Assembly (NCBI GenBank): GCA_017482465.1
Contig: JAFUMW010000063.1
Location: 1-54,329, forward strand
Length of the DNA stretch: 54,329 nucleotides
Direction: 5' to 3'
DNA from: Clostridia bacterium
GTDB lineage: Bacteria > Bacillota > Clostridia > Oscillospirales > CAG-272
The notes beneath the pieces were generated by a model. It saw only the letters and a list, made by a program, of their open reading frames with translations. It made no database searches and was not told where the DNA came from. This document shows, piece after piece, positions 41,430 to 51,427 of the stretch. The position numbers were made by a program, and so were the translations under genes. Each line of letters opens with the position of its first letter. Position 1 is the first letter of the stretch.

Positions 41430-43511
41430 ATGTTTCCCAATTACAAGGTTTTTAACTACACCTACGCAGGCCGTCCTCTCGTTGTAGAAACAGGTAAGCT
41501 CGCAGGTCTCGCTAACGGAAGCGCGCTCGTTCGCTACGGCGACACAGCCATCTTAGCTACCGCTACGGCATCGGCAAAGCCCCGTGACGGCATCGACTTT
41601 CTTCCCCTCTCTGTAGACTTTGAAGAAAGAATGTACTCTGTCGGCAAGATCCCCGGCGGTTATCTCAAGAGAGAAGGCAAGCCCAGCGAAAAGGCTGTTC
41701 TTACCTCGCGTGTTATCGACCGACCCATACGTCCCCTTTTCCCCAAGGATCTTCGCAACGACGTAAACCTTAACCTCACAGTTATGTCGGTAGACCCCGA
41801 CTGCTCGCCCGAAATCACAGCTATGATCGGCGCTTCGATCGCTCTCTCCATTTCCGATATTCCGTGGAACGGACCTATCGGCGGTGCGTTCATGGGTATG
41901 ATCGACGGTCAGTTTGTAATCAACCCCACGCTTGAAGAGCGCGCACAGAGCGACCTTCAGCTTACAGTAGCCGCAAGCGAAGCAAAAGTAGTCATGATCG
42001 AGGCAGGCGCAAACGAGGTATCCGACGACGCTATGTTCGAGGCAATCATGATCGCTCACGCTGAGATCAAGGGACTTATCAAGTTCATAAACGAGATCGT
42101 AGCAGAGATCGGAAAGCCGAAGTTCGACTATCCCTCCTGCGATGTCGACCACGACCTCTTCGAGCAGATCAAGGATTATATCATTGATGACGTTAAGTAC
42201 GCAATGGATACAGACGACAAGACAGTACGCGACGAACGTATGCTTGTTGTTTCCGACAAGGTAAACGAAAAGTTTGACCCCGAAGGAGAAAATCAGGTAG
42301 AGATCGCAGAGATCATCTACAAGATCCAGAAGTTCGTTGTTCGCCGCTGGCTTCTTGACGAAGGCAAGCGCGTTGACGGCAGACGTCTTGACGAGATCCG
42401 TCCCCTCGCGGCAGAGGTTGGACTTCTTCCCAGAACACACGGAAGCGGTCTCTTCACACGCGGACAGACACAGGTCCTCACTGTTGCTACACTCGGCACT
42501 ATGAGCGAAGCTCAGATGCTCGACGGTATCGACGAAGAGGATTCCAAGAGATATATGCATCACTACAACATGCCCGGCTACTCTGTAGGCGAGGCAAAGG
42601 CTGTACGCAGCCCCGGCAGACGTGAGATCGGTCACGGTGCGCTCGCAGAGCGTTCGCTCGTTCCGGTACTTCCCTCTGTCGAAGAATTCCCCTACGCGAT
42701 CAGACTCGTTTCCGAAGTAGTATCCTCCAACGGTTCCACATCGCAGGCATCTGTCTGCGGTTCAACACTCGCTCTTATGGACGCAGGTGTTCCGATCAAA
42801 GCTCCCGTTGCAGGTATCTCCTGCGGTCTTATCACAGAAGGCGACCGTTGGATGACAATGATCGACATCCAGGGCGTTGAAGACTTCTTCGGCGACATGG
42901 ACTTCAAGGTAGCAGGTACTCACAAGGGTATCACCTCTATACAGATGGACCTTAAGATCGACGGTCTTACACCCGAGATCATCAAGAGCGCGTTTGAAAC
43001 CACACACAAGGGACGCGACTATATCATCGACGAGATCATTCTCAAGGCTATCGACAAGCCGCGTGAGGACGTATCCGAATACGCACCTAAGATGATCTCT
43101 ATGAGCATCGACCCCGAAAAGATCCGTGAGGTTATCGGAAGCGGCGGAAAGGTGATACAGAAGATCGTTGCCGACACAGGCGCGAAGATCGACATCAACG
43201 ACGACGGAAGCGTATTCATCGCGGCAGTAAACCGCGACAGCGCACTCGCCGCAAAGCAGATCATCGACGCTATCGTATTCGAGCCCGAGGTAGGCGAGAT
43301 CTATGAGGGTGTTGTAACAAGAATCATTCCGATCGGCGCGTTCGTTGAGATCGCTCCCGGCAAGGAAGGTCTTGTACACATCTCCAAGCTCGATAACAAG
43401 CGCACAGAAAGAGTTGAAGATGTTTGCGAAGAGGGTGACACCATGAGAGTCAAGTTCCTCGGAACAGACGAAAAGGGCAGATATAATCTCTCGAGAAAAG
43501 ACGCTCTTTGA
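41430..43511 (+). CDS. pnp: polyribonucleotide nucleotidyltransferase (PNPase)
   Basis: 693 aa with two RNase PH-like halves, a KH region (REVIGSGGKVIQKI) and an S1 region (GVVTRIIPIGAFVEI). Confidence 0.95.
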   Translation: MFPNYKVFNYTYAGRPLVVETGKLAGLANGSALVRYGDTAILATATASAKPRDGIDFLPLSVDFEERMYSVGKIPGGYLKREGKPSEKAVLTSRVIDRPIRPLFPKDLRNDVNLNLTVMSVDPDCSPEITAMIGASIALSISDIPWNGPIGGAFMGMIDGQFVINPTLEERAQSDLQLTVAASEAKVVMIEAGANEVSDDAMFEAIMIAHAEIKGLIKFINEIVAEIGKPKFDYPSCDVDHDLFEQIKDYIIDDVKYAMDTDDKTVRDERMLVVSDKVNEKFDPEGENQVEIAEIIYKIQKFVVRRWLLDEGKRVDGRRLDEIRPLAAEVGLLPRTHGSGLFTRGQTQVLTVATLGTMSEAQMLDGIDEEDSKRYMHHYNMPGYSVGEAKAVRSPGRREIGHGALAERSLVPVLPSVEEFPYAIRLVSEVVSSNGSTSQASVCGSTLALMDAGVPIKAPVAGISCGLITEGDRWMTMIDIQGVEDFFGDMDFKVAGTHKGITSIQMDLKIDGLTPEIIKSAFETTHKGRDYIIDEIILKAIDKPREDVSEYAPKMISMSIDPEKIREVIGSGGKVIQKIVADTGAKIDINDDGSVFIAAVNRDSALAAKQIIDAIVFEPEVGEIYEGVVTRIIPIGAFVEIAPGKEGLVHISKLDNKRTERVEDVCEEGDTMRVKFLGTDEKGRYNLSRKDAL

Positions 43512-43526
43512 TCCGTGAAATAAAAC

Positions 43527-43571
43527 AATGCTGTCGCAATTAACACGCTGTTATTTGCGACAGCATTTTTA
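43527..43571 (+). terminator. intrinsic terminator of pnp
   Basis: aatgctgtcgcaa ... ttgcgacagcatt 13-bp stem followed by ttt. Confidence 0.7.
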
Positions 43572-43607
43572 AAACCATCCTCCGATCTACAGGAAAGGAC
43601 AGCAAAG

Positions 43608-44528
43608 ATGACCGTACAGGAAATGAAAAACGAGATAATACGTCTCAAAAAGGAAAACGATATCTGCATACTTGCACACGCATATCAGAGCCATGATATA
43701 TTCGAAGTCGCCGACTTTATAGGCGACTCGTACGGACTCAGCGAAAAGGCTGCCTCCGCAAAGGAAAAGACTATACTCATGTGCGGTGTACGCTTTATGG
43801 CAGAGACCGTAAAAATACTGTCTCCCGAAAAAACCGTATTGCTTTCGCACACAGACGCGGGATGCCCGATGGCAGAGCAGATGGACAAAGAGCTTATCTT
43901 ACAGCTTAAAGAAAAGTATCCGGGCTACACAGTAGCCGCGTACATAAACACAACGGCAGAGCTAAAGACAGTATGCGACGTTTGTGTCACCTCCTCATCT
44001 GCGGTAAAGATCATCCGCAATATAGAAAACGACAACATTCTTTTCATACCCGACTGCAACCTCGGAGAATGGGTGGCGGATACGATCCCCGAAAAGAACA
44101 TAAAGCTGTTTAACGGCGGCTGTCCTACACATCTGCGTATCAGCCCCGCAGACGTTAAACGAGCGCGCGCCGCGCATCCCGACGCCATTGTTCTCGTTCA
44201 TCCCGAGTGCAGACCCGAGGTCACAAAGATGGCAGATTTCGCCGGAAGCACAACCGAGATCATGGACTATGCCGTAAAGAGCGAACACAAGGAGTTCATA
44301 ATCGGAACCGAGAACAGTATCGTCGAACATTTGCAGTACAGCTGTCCCGACAAGCTCTTTTTCGCGCTTTCAAAGGACTGTGTATGCCATAACATGCGCT
44401 TAACGACGCTCGGTGATGTGTACAACGCGGTAAGCGGACGTGTACGTGAAGAGATCAGTCTTGACGCTGAAACAATAAAGCTTGCAAAACATCCTATCGA
44501 TGAGATGCACAGGCTCGGAAGCATGTAA
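43608..44528 (+). CDS. nadA: quinolinate synthase
   Basis: 306 aa. ...ILAHAYQ...DFIGDSY..., ...MAETVKILSPEK..., ...CPMA..., ...VHPEC... are NadA-typical. Confidence 0.88.
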   Translation: MTVQEMKNEIIRLKKENDICILAHAYQSHDIFEVADFIGDSYGLSEKAASAKEKTILMCGVRFMAETVKILSPEKTVLLSHTDAGCPMAEQMDKELILQLKEKYPGYTVAAYINTTAELKTVCDVCVTSSSAVKIIRNIENDNILFIPDCNLGEWVADTIPEKNIKLFNGGCPTHLRISPADVKRARAAHPDAIVLVHPECRPEVTKMADFAGSTTEIMDYAVKSEHKEFIIGTENSIVEHLQYSCPDKLFFALSKDCVCHNMRLTTLGDVYNAVSGRVREEISLDAETIKLAKHPIDEMHRLGSM

Positions 44529-44530
44529 TT

Positions 44531-45124
44531 TTACCCCGGACGCACTTTTGTGCGTCCTTTTTTGCTTTTTAACTTTGAAAGGCTTTGCATACTCACACAC
44601 TTTGGAATCTTTATCTTGATCCTCGCACTTTTTCCGTCGCAGTACGCATCAATATCGCTTCTGCGTCCGATACGCATACCTCGCTCAAGAGAGCGAGAGA
44701 CAGTAACAGCGGCAATACCGTCCCCTTCCGGGACAAGGTAAAACGACGACACGTCGCGCGCCCTGAGCTTGCCCGACACAAAACGAGGCAACAGTAATAT
44801 CTCAAGCGCAGTGTGCATGTTGACGCAAAAACGCTTATGATAAACGAGCACACCGTTTGATGACAGCGTGAGATCGTATTTGATACTTATGATGTCATCG
44901 CGCATATACGTAACGGTTGGCGTAAGAAGAACAACGGTATTCCCGCTTATACCGTCGCCCGCACCGAGACCGCGGCAAAAAGCAAGCATGTTTTCGGCAA
45001 GCTTACGGCTAAAAAAGCTTAGATATTCACATTCTTCGCTCGTAACGAATGTTATCTTTGTAATAATGTTAAGGCTCATGTCTATACGCCGGTTCTCGGT
45101 GATACATTCTTTTTGTATCTTCAT
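44531..45124 (-). CDS. hypothetical protein (197 aa)
   Basis: ATG after GGAGG. No family recognised. The basic C-terminal tail is encoded by the nadA terminator region. Confidence 0.5.
   Translation of the reverse strand: MKIQKECITENRRIDMSLNIITKITFVTSEECEYLSFFSRKLAENMLAFCRGLGAGDGISGNTVVLLTPTVTYMRDDIISIKYDLTLSSNGVLVYHKRFCVNMHTALEILLLPRFVSGKLRARDVSSFYLVPEGDGIAAVTVSRSLERGMRIGRRSDIDAYCDGKSARIKIKIPKCVSMQSLSKLKSKKGRTKVRPG
44538..44564 (+). terminator. intrinsic terminator of nadA
   Basis: ggacgcac TTTT gtgcgtcc followed by tttttt. It lies inside the last codons of the convergent ORF. Confidence 0.7.
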
Positions 45125-45143
45125 ATATCCTCCGCGTTAAATG

Positions 45144-45173
45144 TTGACATTCGGGAATGAAATGTTATATAAT
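45144..45173 (+). promoter_or_regulatory. promoter
   Basis: TTGACA - 18 nt - TATAAT. Confidence 0.5.
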
Positions 45174-45201
45174 TAAAATATACAAACGGAGGTATCGATT
45201 T

Positions 45202-45798
45202 ATGTGTAATATAGATGAGCTTTTTGCTATGCTAAGCTGGAACAATACCGAAGAAATACAGCAAAAAGGAATTGAATCCGCACGTGAAGTAAAGAGCCTG
45301 TGTGTCTTTTTCCGTCCGAACAGAAAGGATATATGGGAAAACTGTGCAAAAGTCCTGTGCGAAAGGTCTGACGATGAGCTTCGTCCCTATATAAAAAACA
45401 TGCTTGAATGGCTTGAGGATATAAATGATCCGGGAGCGACATTAATAGAAGAACGTCTTCACAAGTTTCCTGCCGAAAAGATACTTGAGCACTATACGCA
45501 CGCATTGGAGAAGGCGATATTAACAGACGATAACATGTGGACAGGCTGTCTTGCCGAGTTTGCTAAGGATGACTCGGTCCTGTTCGACAATCTTTCAAAC
45601 GATCACAGACAGCTCGTTATGGATATACTCACAAGTCCAGAAAAAGACCACCGCGAAAAGCTTATAAAAATTATAAAAGACAGAGAGGCGCAGTCAAACG
45701 AAAAAGCCAAACGCGATATGGAAAATTACATTTCCAAGGTCGGAGACAATCTTAATGACGAGCAACGCGCGTTCCTGCGTCGCCTGGTACAAGGTTAA
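45202..45798 (+). CDS. hypothetical protein (DUF5071-like, tentative)
   Basis: ATG at 45202 after GGAGG. ...NMLEWLEDINDPGATLIEERL... resembles the WL.D.NWPGA motif I associate with DUF5071. Confidence 0.45.
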   Translation: MCNIDELFAMLSWNNTEEIQQKGIESAREVKSLCVFFRPNRKDIWENCAKVLCERSDDELRPYIKNMLEWLEDINDPGATLIEERLHKFPAEKILEHYTHALEKAILTDDNMWTGCLAEFAKDDSVLFDNLSNDHRQLVMDILTSPEKDHREKLIKIIKDREAQSNEKAKRDMENYISKVGDNLNDEQRAFLRRLVQG

Positions 45799-45869
45799 GA
45801 ATAACAAAAATTTGCGGTAAATTCATTGATTTTTCACCATTTCCACTACTCCAAATCGGCGGTAAAACA

Positions 45870-45898
45870 TTGACAAGCGCTGATAATTATGATATAAT
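45870..45898 (+). promoter_or_regulatory. promoter of yicC
   Basis: Consensus TTGACA - 17 nt - TATAAT with TG extension. Confidence 0.55.
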
Positions 45899-45952
45899 AT
45901 ATATCTGTATAGCTATGCTAAATTTAATGTACGCAAAGAGGGACTGACGATC

Positions 45953-46840
45953 ATGATAAAAAGCATGACGGCATTCGCAAGATGCACCGAAACCACCCCT
46001 ACAAAAAATATCACGGTAGAACTCAAATCGGTCAATAACAGATATCTCGACTGCACGGTCAAAATATCCCGCGTGTTCTCTTTTCTTGAGGACAAGGTAC
46101 GCAGGTATGTTTCCGAATGCGGCATCAGCCGTGGAAAGCTCGATGTTTACATCGGAGTCGAGGTCACCGAAGATACAGGTACGCTTGTTGACATAGACAG
46201 TGCATACGCCGAAAGCTACATCAACGCTTTGAAGGCTCTTCGCGACAAGTTCTCGCTGAAAGACGACATTTCAACAATGACCGTAGCACAGAACCGCGAG
46301 ATATTCACAGTGGTCAAAAAAGAAGAGGACATGGAAGCCGCCTGGCTTGAGATCAAGCCGATACTTGATCAGGCGATCGCCGAGTTCATAAAGGTACGCG
46401 AGGCTGAGGGTGAAAAGCTCAAGGCAGACATACTTGACAAGCTTGCAAAGATCGAAAGCCTCAAAAAAACGATCGAGGCATATTCCGAGACCGACGTAAA
46501 AAATTACCGCGAGCGCTTTGAAAACAAGCTGCGTCAGGCTATCGCCGACAGCGGAGTCGAGCTCAACGAATCTCTTATCCTCACAGAGTGTGCCATATAC
46601 GCCGACCGTGTTGCCGTCGACGAGGAAATGGTAAGACTCAACTGTCACTTTGATTCATTCAGAAAGATATTCGAGGAAAGCACGCCTATCGGACGCAAGA
46701 TCGACTTCCTTCTTCAGGAGATCAACCGCGAGATAAACACAACAGGCTCAAAGTGCAACAACGCAGACATAGCCGCCGTTGTTGTCGAGGTCAAGAGCGA
46801 GCTTGAAAAGATTCGCGAGCAGATTCAAAACCTTGAATAA
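45953..46840 (+). CDS. yicC: YicC/YloC family stress-induced protein (endoribonuclease)
   Basis: MIKSMTAFAR..., ...EINREINTTGSKCNNADIAAVVVEVKSELEKIREQIQNLE C-terminus. Confidence 0.85.
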   Translation: MIKSMTAFARCTETTPTKNITVELKSVNNRYLDCTVKISRVFSFLEDKVRRYVSECGISRGKLDVYIGVEVTEDTGTLVDIDSAYAESYINALKALRDKFSLKDDISTMTVAQNREIFTVVKKEEDMEAAWLEIKPILDQAIAEFIKVREAEGEKLKADILDKLAKIESLKKTIEAYSETDVKNYRERFENKLRQAIADSGVELNESLILTECAIYADRVAVDEEMVRLNCHFDSFRKIFEESTPIGRKIDFLLQEINREINTTGSKCNNADIAAVVVEVKSELEKIREQIQNLE

Positions 46841-46849
46841 AAACGTTGC

Positions 46850-46974
46850 GAGCAAGCTCGCACCGTTAGAAAGCACCTAACTACGTGCAAAGCTTTCAGC
46901 TCAATAAAAGCATTGAGCAAGCTCGCACCGTCAGAAAGCACCTAACTACGTGCAAAGCTTTCAGCTCAATAAAA
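46850..46974 (+). repeat. tandem direct duplication, two 60-nt units with 65-bp period
   Basis: 46850-46909 vs 46915-46974: gagcaagctcgcaccgt(t/c)agaaagcacctaactacgtgcaaagctttcagctcaataaaa, 59/60 identical. Confidence 0.85.
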
Positions 46975-47034
46975 CCATCAAAACAAACAATGTTTGTGTC
47001 GTTTACACACCTTTTTTCGAAAGTGGTGATAACA

Positions 47035-47307
47035 ATGAAATTTATAAACGCGGGCTTTGGAAACATGATCGCGCTTGAGCGTATAGTCGCTCTCGCGTCA
47101 CCTGATTCCGCACCCATAAAAAGAATAGTACAGGACGCCAAGGACGACGGCAGAGCGATAGACATCAGCTGCGGCAGACGTACCCGCTCGGTCATCATCA
47201 CCGACAGCGACCACGTAATATTATCGGCGATCCAACCCGAAACACTTTCGGGTCGTCTTAACGGCAAGCCTGATGCCGACGACGGCGATGACGAAGATGC
47301 CGATTAA
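47035..47307 (+). CDS. remA: RemA/YlzA (DUF370) family regulator
   Basis: [71 protein letters not shown]. The ORF-track start at 46885 is an extension through the tandem repeat. Confidence 0.85.
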   Translation: MKFINAGFGNMIALERIVALASPDSAPIKRIVQDAKDDGRAIDISCGRRTRSVIITDSDHVILSAIQPETLSGRLNGKPDADDGDDEDAD

Positions 47308-47375
47308 ACAGTCTTTACAAGGTAAATAATAAATAAACATATACACATTTTCACAGCATTTTCTTGGAGGTTACC

Positions 47376-47666
47376 ATGATCTATCCGTCAATTGATGAGC
47401 TTACAAAGGGCAAGTTCAACAGATACACACTCGTAGTTGCGACAGCAAAGTGCGCGCGTCTTGTTACCGATGAGTACGTACGTCAGCGCGAAGCGGCTGA
47501 AAAGCTCATTTCAAACAAGGAAACAGAAAAGAGCCTTGTTGCAATGATAAAGCGCGAATTCCGCGATGACAAGGCAGTCAAGACCGCCATCAACCGCATC
47601 AATACGGGCGAATTCCAGATAAAGGAAGACTCGCTTGTTTTTGATGAGGATGTCACAAACGGTTAA
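47376..47666 (+). CDS. rpoZ: DNA-directed RNA polymerase subunit omega
   Basis: ATG after GGAGG. MIYPSIDELTKGKFNRYTLVVATAKCARLV. Conserved position before priA. Confidence 0.8.
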   Translation: MIYPSIDELTKGKFNRYTLVVATAKCARLVTDEYVRQREAAEKLISNKETEKSLVAMIKREFRDDKAVKTAINRINTGEFQIKEDSLVFDEDVTNG

Positions 47667-47674
47667 GCCGCTTG

Positions 47675-49951
47675 ATGACAGATAAGAAATCCGCCGTATA
47701 CGCGGGTGTCTATGTACTCGAGCTTCCGCTTGCGGCAGACCGCATATATGACTATTCTGTCCCCGAGCACCTCGTGGGACAGGTGCGTCCCGGAACAATA
47801 GTAAAGGTTCCTTTTTCAAGAGGAAACCACAGCCGTTTAGCTGTTGTCGTACGCATCAGCCCGTGCTGTGAATATGATAAAGTCAAGCCCGTGCTGGCGG
47901 TCGCAACCGACCGCGTTTCTCTTGATGAGGAAATGCTCGGGCTGTGCTCATTTATCAAGGAACGTACATTCTGCACCTTCACCGACGCCGTTCACACTGT
48001 AGCCGGACCTGTTGATAAGATCGCCGCAGGCAAGCTCAGGGCGGTTGCCGAATACAGCTACTCGATCACAGAAGCCGGAAGATCGGCAAGTGTACGCGGA
48101 AGCGTAAGACAGCGCATCCTTGAGTGCTTGCGTGAGCACACAAGTCTCACAAAGACCGAGCTCAAGGCATGCGGAGCCTCGTCAAAACAGCTTGACGAGC
48201 TTTGTAACGCAGGTCTGCTCACATGTCACAAAACGGAGCTTTTCCGAAACTCGTATGAGCGCTCTTTTGCACCTTCGCAGGCAAATGCGTTAAGCCCTGC
48301 ACAGCAACAGGCATTTGATGAGCTGGCTTCCGAGCTTGACGCAGACGAAGCGCGTGCGGCACTTCTCTACGGTATTACCGGAAGCGGAAAAACACGTGTT
48401 ATAAAAGCACTTATCGACAGAGCGGTAAGCACAGGAAGATCGGTCATCGTTCTTGTTCCCGAAATATCACTCACTCCGCAAACAGTCGATCTGTTCTGTT
48501 CATTCTATGGGACACGCGTCGCGGTACTTCATTCCTCTCTTTCTCCCGCCGAGCGCTTTGACGCAAGACGCCGGATAGAATCAGGCGAGGTCGATGTAGT
48601 TATCGGAACAAGAAGCGCGGTGTTTGCTCCACTTAAGAATCTCGGCATGATAGTCCTTGACGAGGAACAGGAGCACACATACAAATCGGACATGTCGCCG
48701 AAATATCACACGAAAGATATCGCAAGGTACCGTGCGGCGTATCATAAAGCGCTTATGCTATTATCATCGGCAACGCCGTCGTTTGAAAGCTTTTACAAGG
48801 CGGAAAGCTCAAGCTACAAGCTCGTCAGACTGACCGAGCGCTACGGAGAAGCAAAGCTTCCCGAGGTGATAGTCGCTGACAGACGCCTTGACTCAGCGGA
48901 AGCGGACATGTCGGTCATCGGAAGCGTACTCAGTTCGGAGATACAAAAGAATCTCGACAAAAATGAGCAGAGCATTCTGTTCGTCAACCGCAGAGGATAT
49001 AATAATTTCGTGTCCTGCGTTATGTGCGGTGAGGTCATAAGCTGTCCTAACTGCAGTGTTTCGCTGACACTTCACAAAAAGAAAAATTCAAAGTCGGGTA
49101 TGCTGATGTGCCATTACTGCAATCACCGTGAACCATTGCCCGAAAAATGCCCGAGCTGTCAAAGCACACATCTTAATTTCAAAGGCTTCGGTACACAGCT
49201 TGCCGAAACCGAGCTTGCTGAAAAATTTCCGAAAGCAAGGATCCTTCGCATGGATGCGGACACCGTTTCGGGAAGATCCGGTAATGAAGACACGACCTTT
49301 AATCACGAGCAGATACTCAAGGATTTCCGTGAGCATAAGGCTGACATACTTTTAGGCACACAGATGGTAACAAAAGGTCACGACTTTCCCGACGTTACGC
49401 TTGTCGGCATAGTAAACGCCGACAGTGCGCTCTATCTTGACGATTACAGAGCGACCGAGCGCGCATTTTCGCTGATTACACAGGTCATCGGCAGAGCGGG
49501 ACGTGCAAGCAAGCCGGGCAGAGCAGTCATACAGACATACAATCCCGACAACGAAACTCTTCTGTACGCATCAAAGCAGGACTACGACAGCTTTTACGGG
49601 AGCGCGATAAAACTAAGACGCGCGCTCGTGTTCCCACCGTTCTGCGATTTCGCGTTACTTACACTTTCAAGCGATAAAGAAAACGAGCTTTTTGCAGCCA
49701 CAAACGAGCTTGACAAGAGATTGCGCGAGCTTATCGGCAAGGGCGGCGAATACTCAAACATCGCCGCGACCGCGTTCAGACCTATCGAAGCGCCTGTTTA
49801 CAAGGTGAACAACATCTACCGCATGCGTCTTGTCATAAAATGCAGGTTCACAAAGCGTTGCCGAGAGCTTATATCGCTTTTACTTAATGAATTTACTCAA
49901 AAATACACGTCGGTATCACTTTCAGCCGACATAAATCCAACGAACATATGA
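47675..49951 (+). CDS. priA: primosomal protein N' (replication restart helicase)
   Basis: Walker A GITGSGKT, DEEQEH, zinc-binding CxxC pairs (CVMCGEVISCPNCS, CHYCNH, CPSC), helicase C-terminal motifs. Confidence 0.9.
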   Translation: MTDKKSAVYAGVYVLELPLAADRIYDYSVPEHLVGQVRPGTIVKVPFSRGNHSRLAVVVRISPCCEYDKVKPVLAVATDRVSLDEEMLGLCSFIKERTFCTFTDAVHTVAGPVDKIAAGKLRAVAEYSYSITEAGRSASVRGSVRQRILECLREHTSLTKTELKACGASSKQLDELCNAGLLTCHKTELFRNSYERSFAPSQANALSPAQQQAFDELASELDADEARAALLYGITGSGKTRVIKALIDRAVSTGRSVIVLVPEISLTPQTVDLFCSFYGTRVAVLHSSLSPAERFDARRRIESGEVDVVIGTRSAVFAPLKNLGMIVLDEEQEHTYKSDMSPKYHTKDIARYRAAYHKALMLLSSATPSFESFYKAESSSYKLVRLTERYGEAKLPEVIVADRRLDSAEADMSVIGSVLSSEIQKNLDKNEQSILFVNRRGYNNFVSCVMCGEVISCPNCSVSLTLHKKKNSKSGMLMCHYCNHREPLPEKCPSCQSTHLNFKGFGTQLAETELAEKFPKARILRMDADTVSGRSGNEDTTFNHEQILKDFREHKADILLGTQMVTKGHDFPDVTLVGIVNADSALYLDDYRATERAFSLITQVIGRAGRASKPGRAVIQTYNPDNETLLYASKQDYDSFYGSAIKLRRALVFPPFCDFALLTLSSDKENELFAATNELDKRLRELIGKGGEYSNIAATAFRPIEAPVYKVNNIYRMRLVIKCRFTKRCRELISLLLNEFTQKYTSVSLSADINPTNI

Positions 49952-49970
49952 CCGAAAGGAATATCAATAT

Positions 49971-50438
49971 ATGGCAATACTCAATATAATCACCGAAGAA
50001 GATCCTACCTTAAGACGCGTCAGCCGCAAGGTCGACGAGATCACTCCCAGGATCATCAGACTGCTCGACGATATGCGCGACACACTTCACAAAGCACAGG
50101 GAGCGGGCCTTGCCGCCGTCCAGGTAGGCGTTTTACGCAGAGTCGTCCTTGTTGAGGTCGAAGAGGGCAAAACGATCGAGCTTATCAACCCCGAGATAAT
50201 TGCCTCAAGCGGTAAACAGAATGAGGTCGAGGGTTGCCTTTCACTGCCGCACAAATGGGGCGTTACAGACAGACCGATGAGCGTTACCGTACGCGCACTC
50301 GACCGCAACGGAAATACATTTGAAATGACAGGCGAGGGTCTGCTGGCGCGTGCCTTCTGCCACGAGCTCGATCATCTTGACGGCAAGCTCTTTACCGACA
50401 ATGCTGTCAGAATGGTAGACGAGAGCGAGCTTGGATAA
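49971..50438 (+). CDS. def: peptide deformylase
   Basis: GAGLAAVQVG, EGCLSLP, HELDHLDG motifs. Confidence 0.92.
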   Translation: MAILNIITEEDPTLRRVSRKVDEITPRIIRLLDDMRDTLHKAQGAGLAAVQVGVLRRVVLVEVEEGKTIELINPEIIASSGKQNEVEGCLSLPHKWGVTDRPMSVTVRALDRNGNTFEMTGEGLLARAFCHELDHLDGKLFTDNAVRMVDESELG

Positions 50439-50465
50439 TCTCATACCGAAAGGAATGACCCGAAA

Positions 50466-51413
50466 ATGAGAATACTGTTTATGGGTACGCCGGATTTCGC
50501 GGCAAGCGTGCTAGACCGCATAAGCGAATATCCCGATGACACTATAGTAGGTGTGCTTACACAGCCCGACAAGCCGCGCGGTCGCGGATACGAGCTTGCT
50601 CAGTCGGCGGTAAAAAAGCTGGCGCTCGAAAAGAATATTCCGGTATATCAGCCCGAGACCTTGCGCGATAACGCGTTCTTACCCGAACTTAATGCTTTGG
50701 ATCCTGAGCTTATAATAGTCGCCGCGTACGGAAAGATACTTCCGCTGTACGTACTTGATTATCCGAAATACGGATGCATAAACGTACACGGCTCACTTCT
50801 GCCGAAGTACCGCGGTGCTGCGCCTATACAGCGCTCTATCATAGATGGCGAAACGGTGACAGGCATCACGATAATGAAAATGGCAAAAGGGCTTGACACA
50901 GGCGACATGATGCTCAAGCGCACTGTTGAAATAACAGAAAACGACAACTTCGAAACTCTCCATGACAAAATGGCTCTTTGCGCCCGCGATGCTGTTTCAG
51001 AGGCAATAAAGCTTATCCGAGAAGGCAAGGATGTTTATGAGGCACAGGATGATTCTCTCGCAACATACGCCGAAAAGATCACAAAAGACGATTGCTTCAT
51101 AGATTTTGACACAGATGCAAAAAGCGTTCATAACAGGATCCGAGGTCTTTCGCCTATACCGCTCGCATACTCATATCTCGATTCAAAAATGATAAAATTC
51201 ACATCATCGGTTATAGTAAGTACAGACGGTGAGAACGCTCCTGAATCCATTGGAAAGATAACAGCAGCCGTCGGCGATTTGATAACAGTCGCTTGCCGCA
51301 AAGGCAGTATCGGTATAACCGGTGTACTGCCCGAGGGAAAAAAGAGAATGTCAGCCGCTGATTTTATCAGAGGACAGCAAGATCTCGCCGGCAAAAAGCT
51401 CACCGCAAAATAA
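50466..51413 (+). CDS. fmt: methionyl-tRNA formyltransferase
   Basis: MRILFMGTPDFA..., ...NVHGSLLPKYRGAAPIQ..., length 315 aa. Confidence 0.92.
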   Translation: MRILFMGTPDFAASVLDRISEYPDDTIVGVLTQPDKPRGRGYELAQSAVKKLALEKNIPVYQPETLRDNAFLPELNALDPELIIVAAYGKILPLYVLDYPKYGCINVHGSLLPKYRGAAPIQRSIIDGETVTGITIMKMAKGLDTGDMMLKRTVEITENDNFETLHDKMALCARDAVSEAIKLIREGKDVYEAQDDSLATYAEKITKDDCFIDFDTDAKSVHNRIRGLSPIPLAYSYLDSKMIKFTSSVIVSTDGENAPESIGKITAAVGDLITVACRKGSIGITGVLPEGKKRMSAADFIRGQQDLAGKKLTAK

Positions 51414-51427
51414 AAGGGAGAAAAGCA

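Noticed and set aside
41553-42635. 360-aa ORF antisense to pnp
   Set aside because: It is a shadow ORF inside a highly conserved gene, with no RBS and a biased Cys/Val/Leu/Asp composition typical of antisense frames. The same reasoning applies to the other antisense ORFs in pnp (42762-43379).
46885-47034. 50-aa N-terminal extension of the remA ORF (and antisense ORF 46896-47267)
   Set aside because: The extension is translated from the tandem 65-bp repeat. RemA homology starts at [10 protein letters not shown] (ATG 47035), which has its own RBS.
47308-47375. Absence of gmk (and coaBC) between remA, rpoZ and priA as a sign of deletion or rearrangement
   Set aside because: There are no remnants or repeats at the junctions, and gene order in this cluster varies among Clostridia. 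It is probably the normal lineage arrangement.
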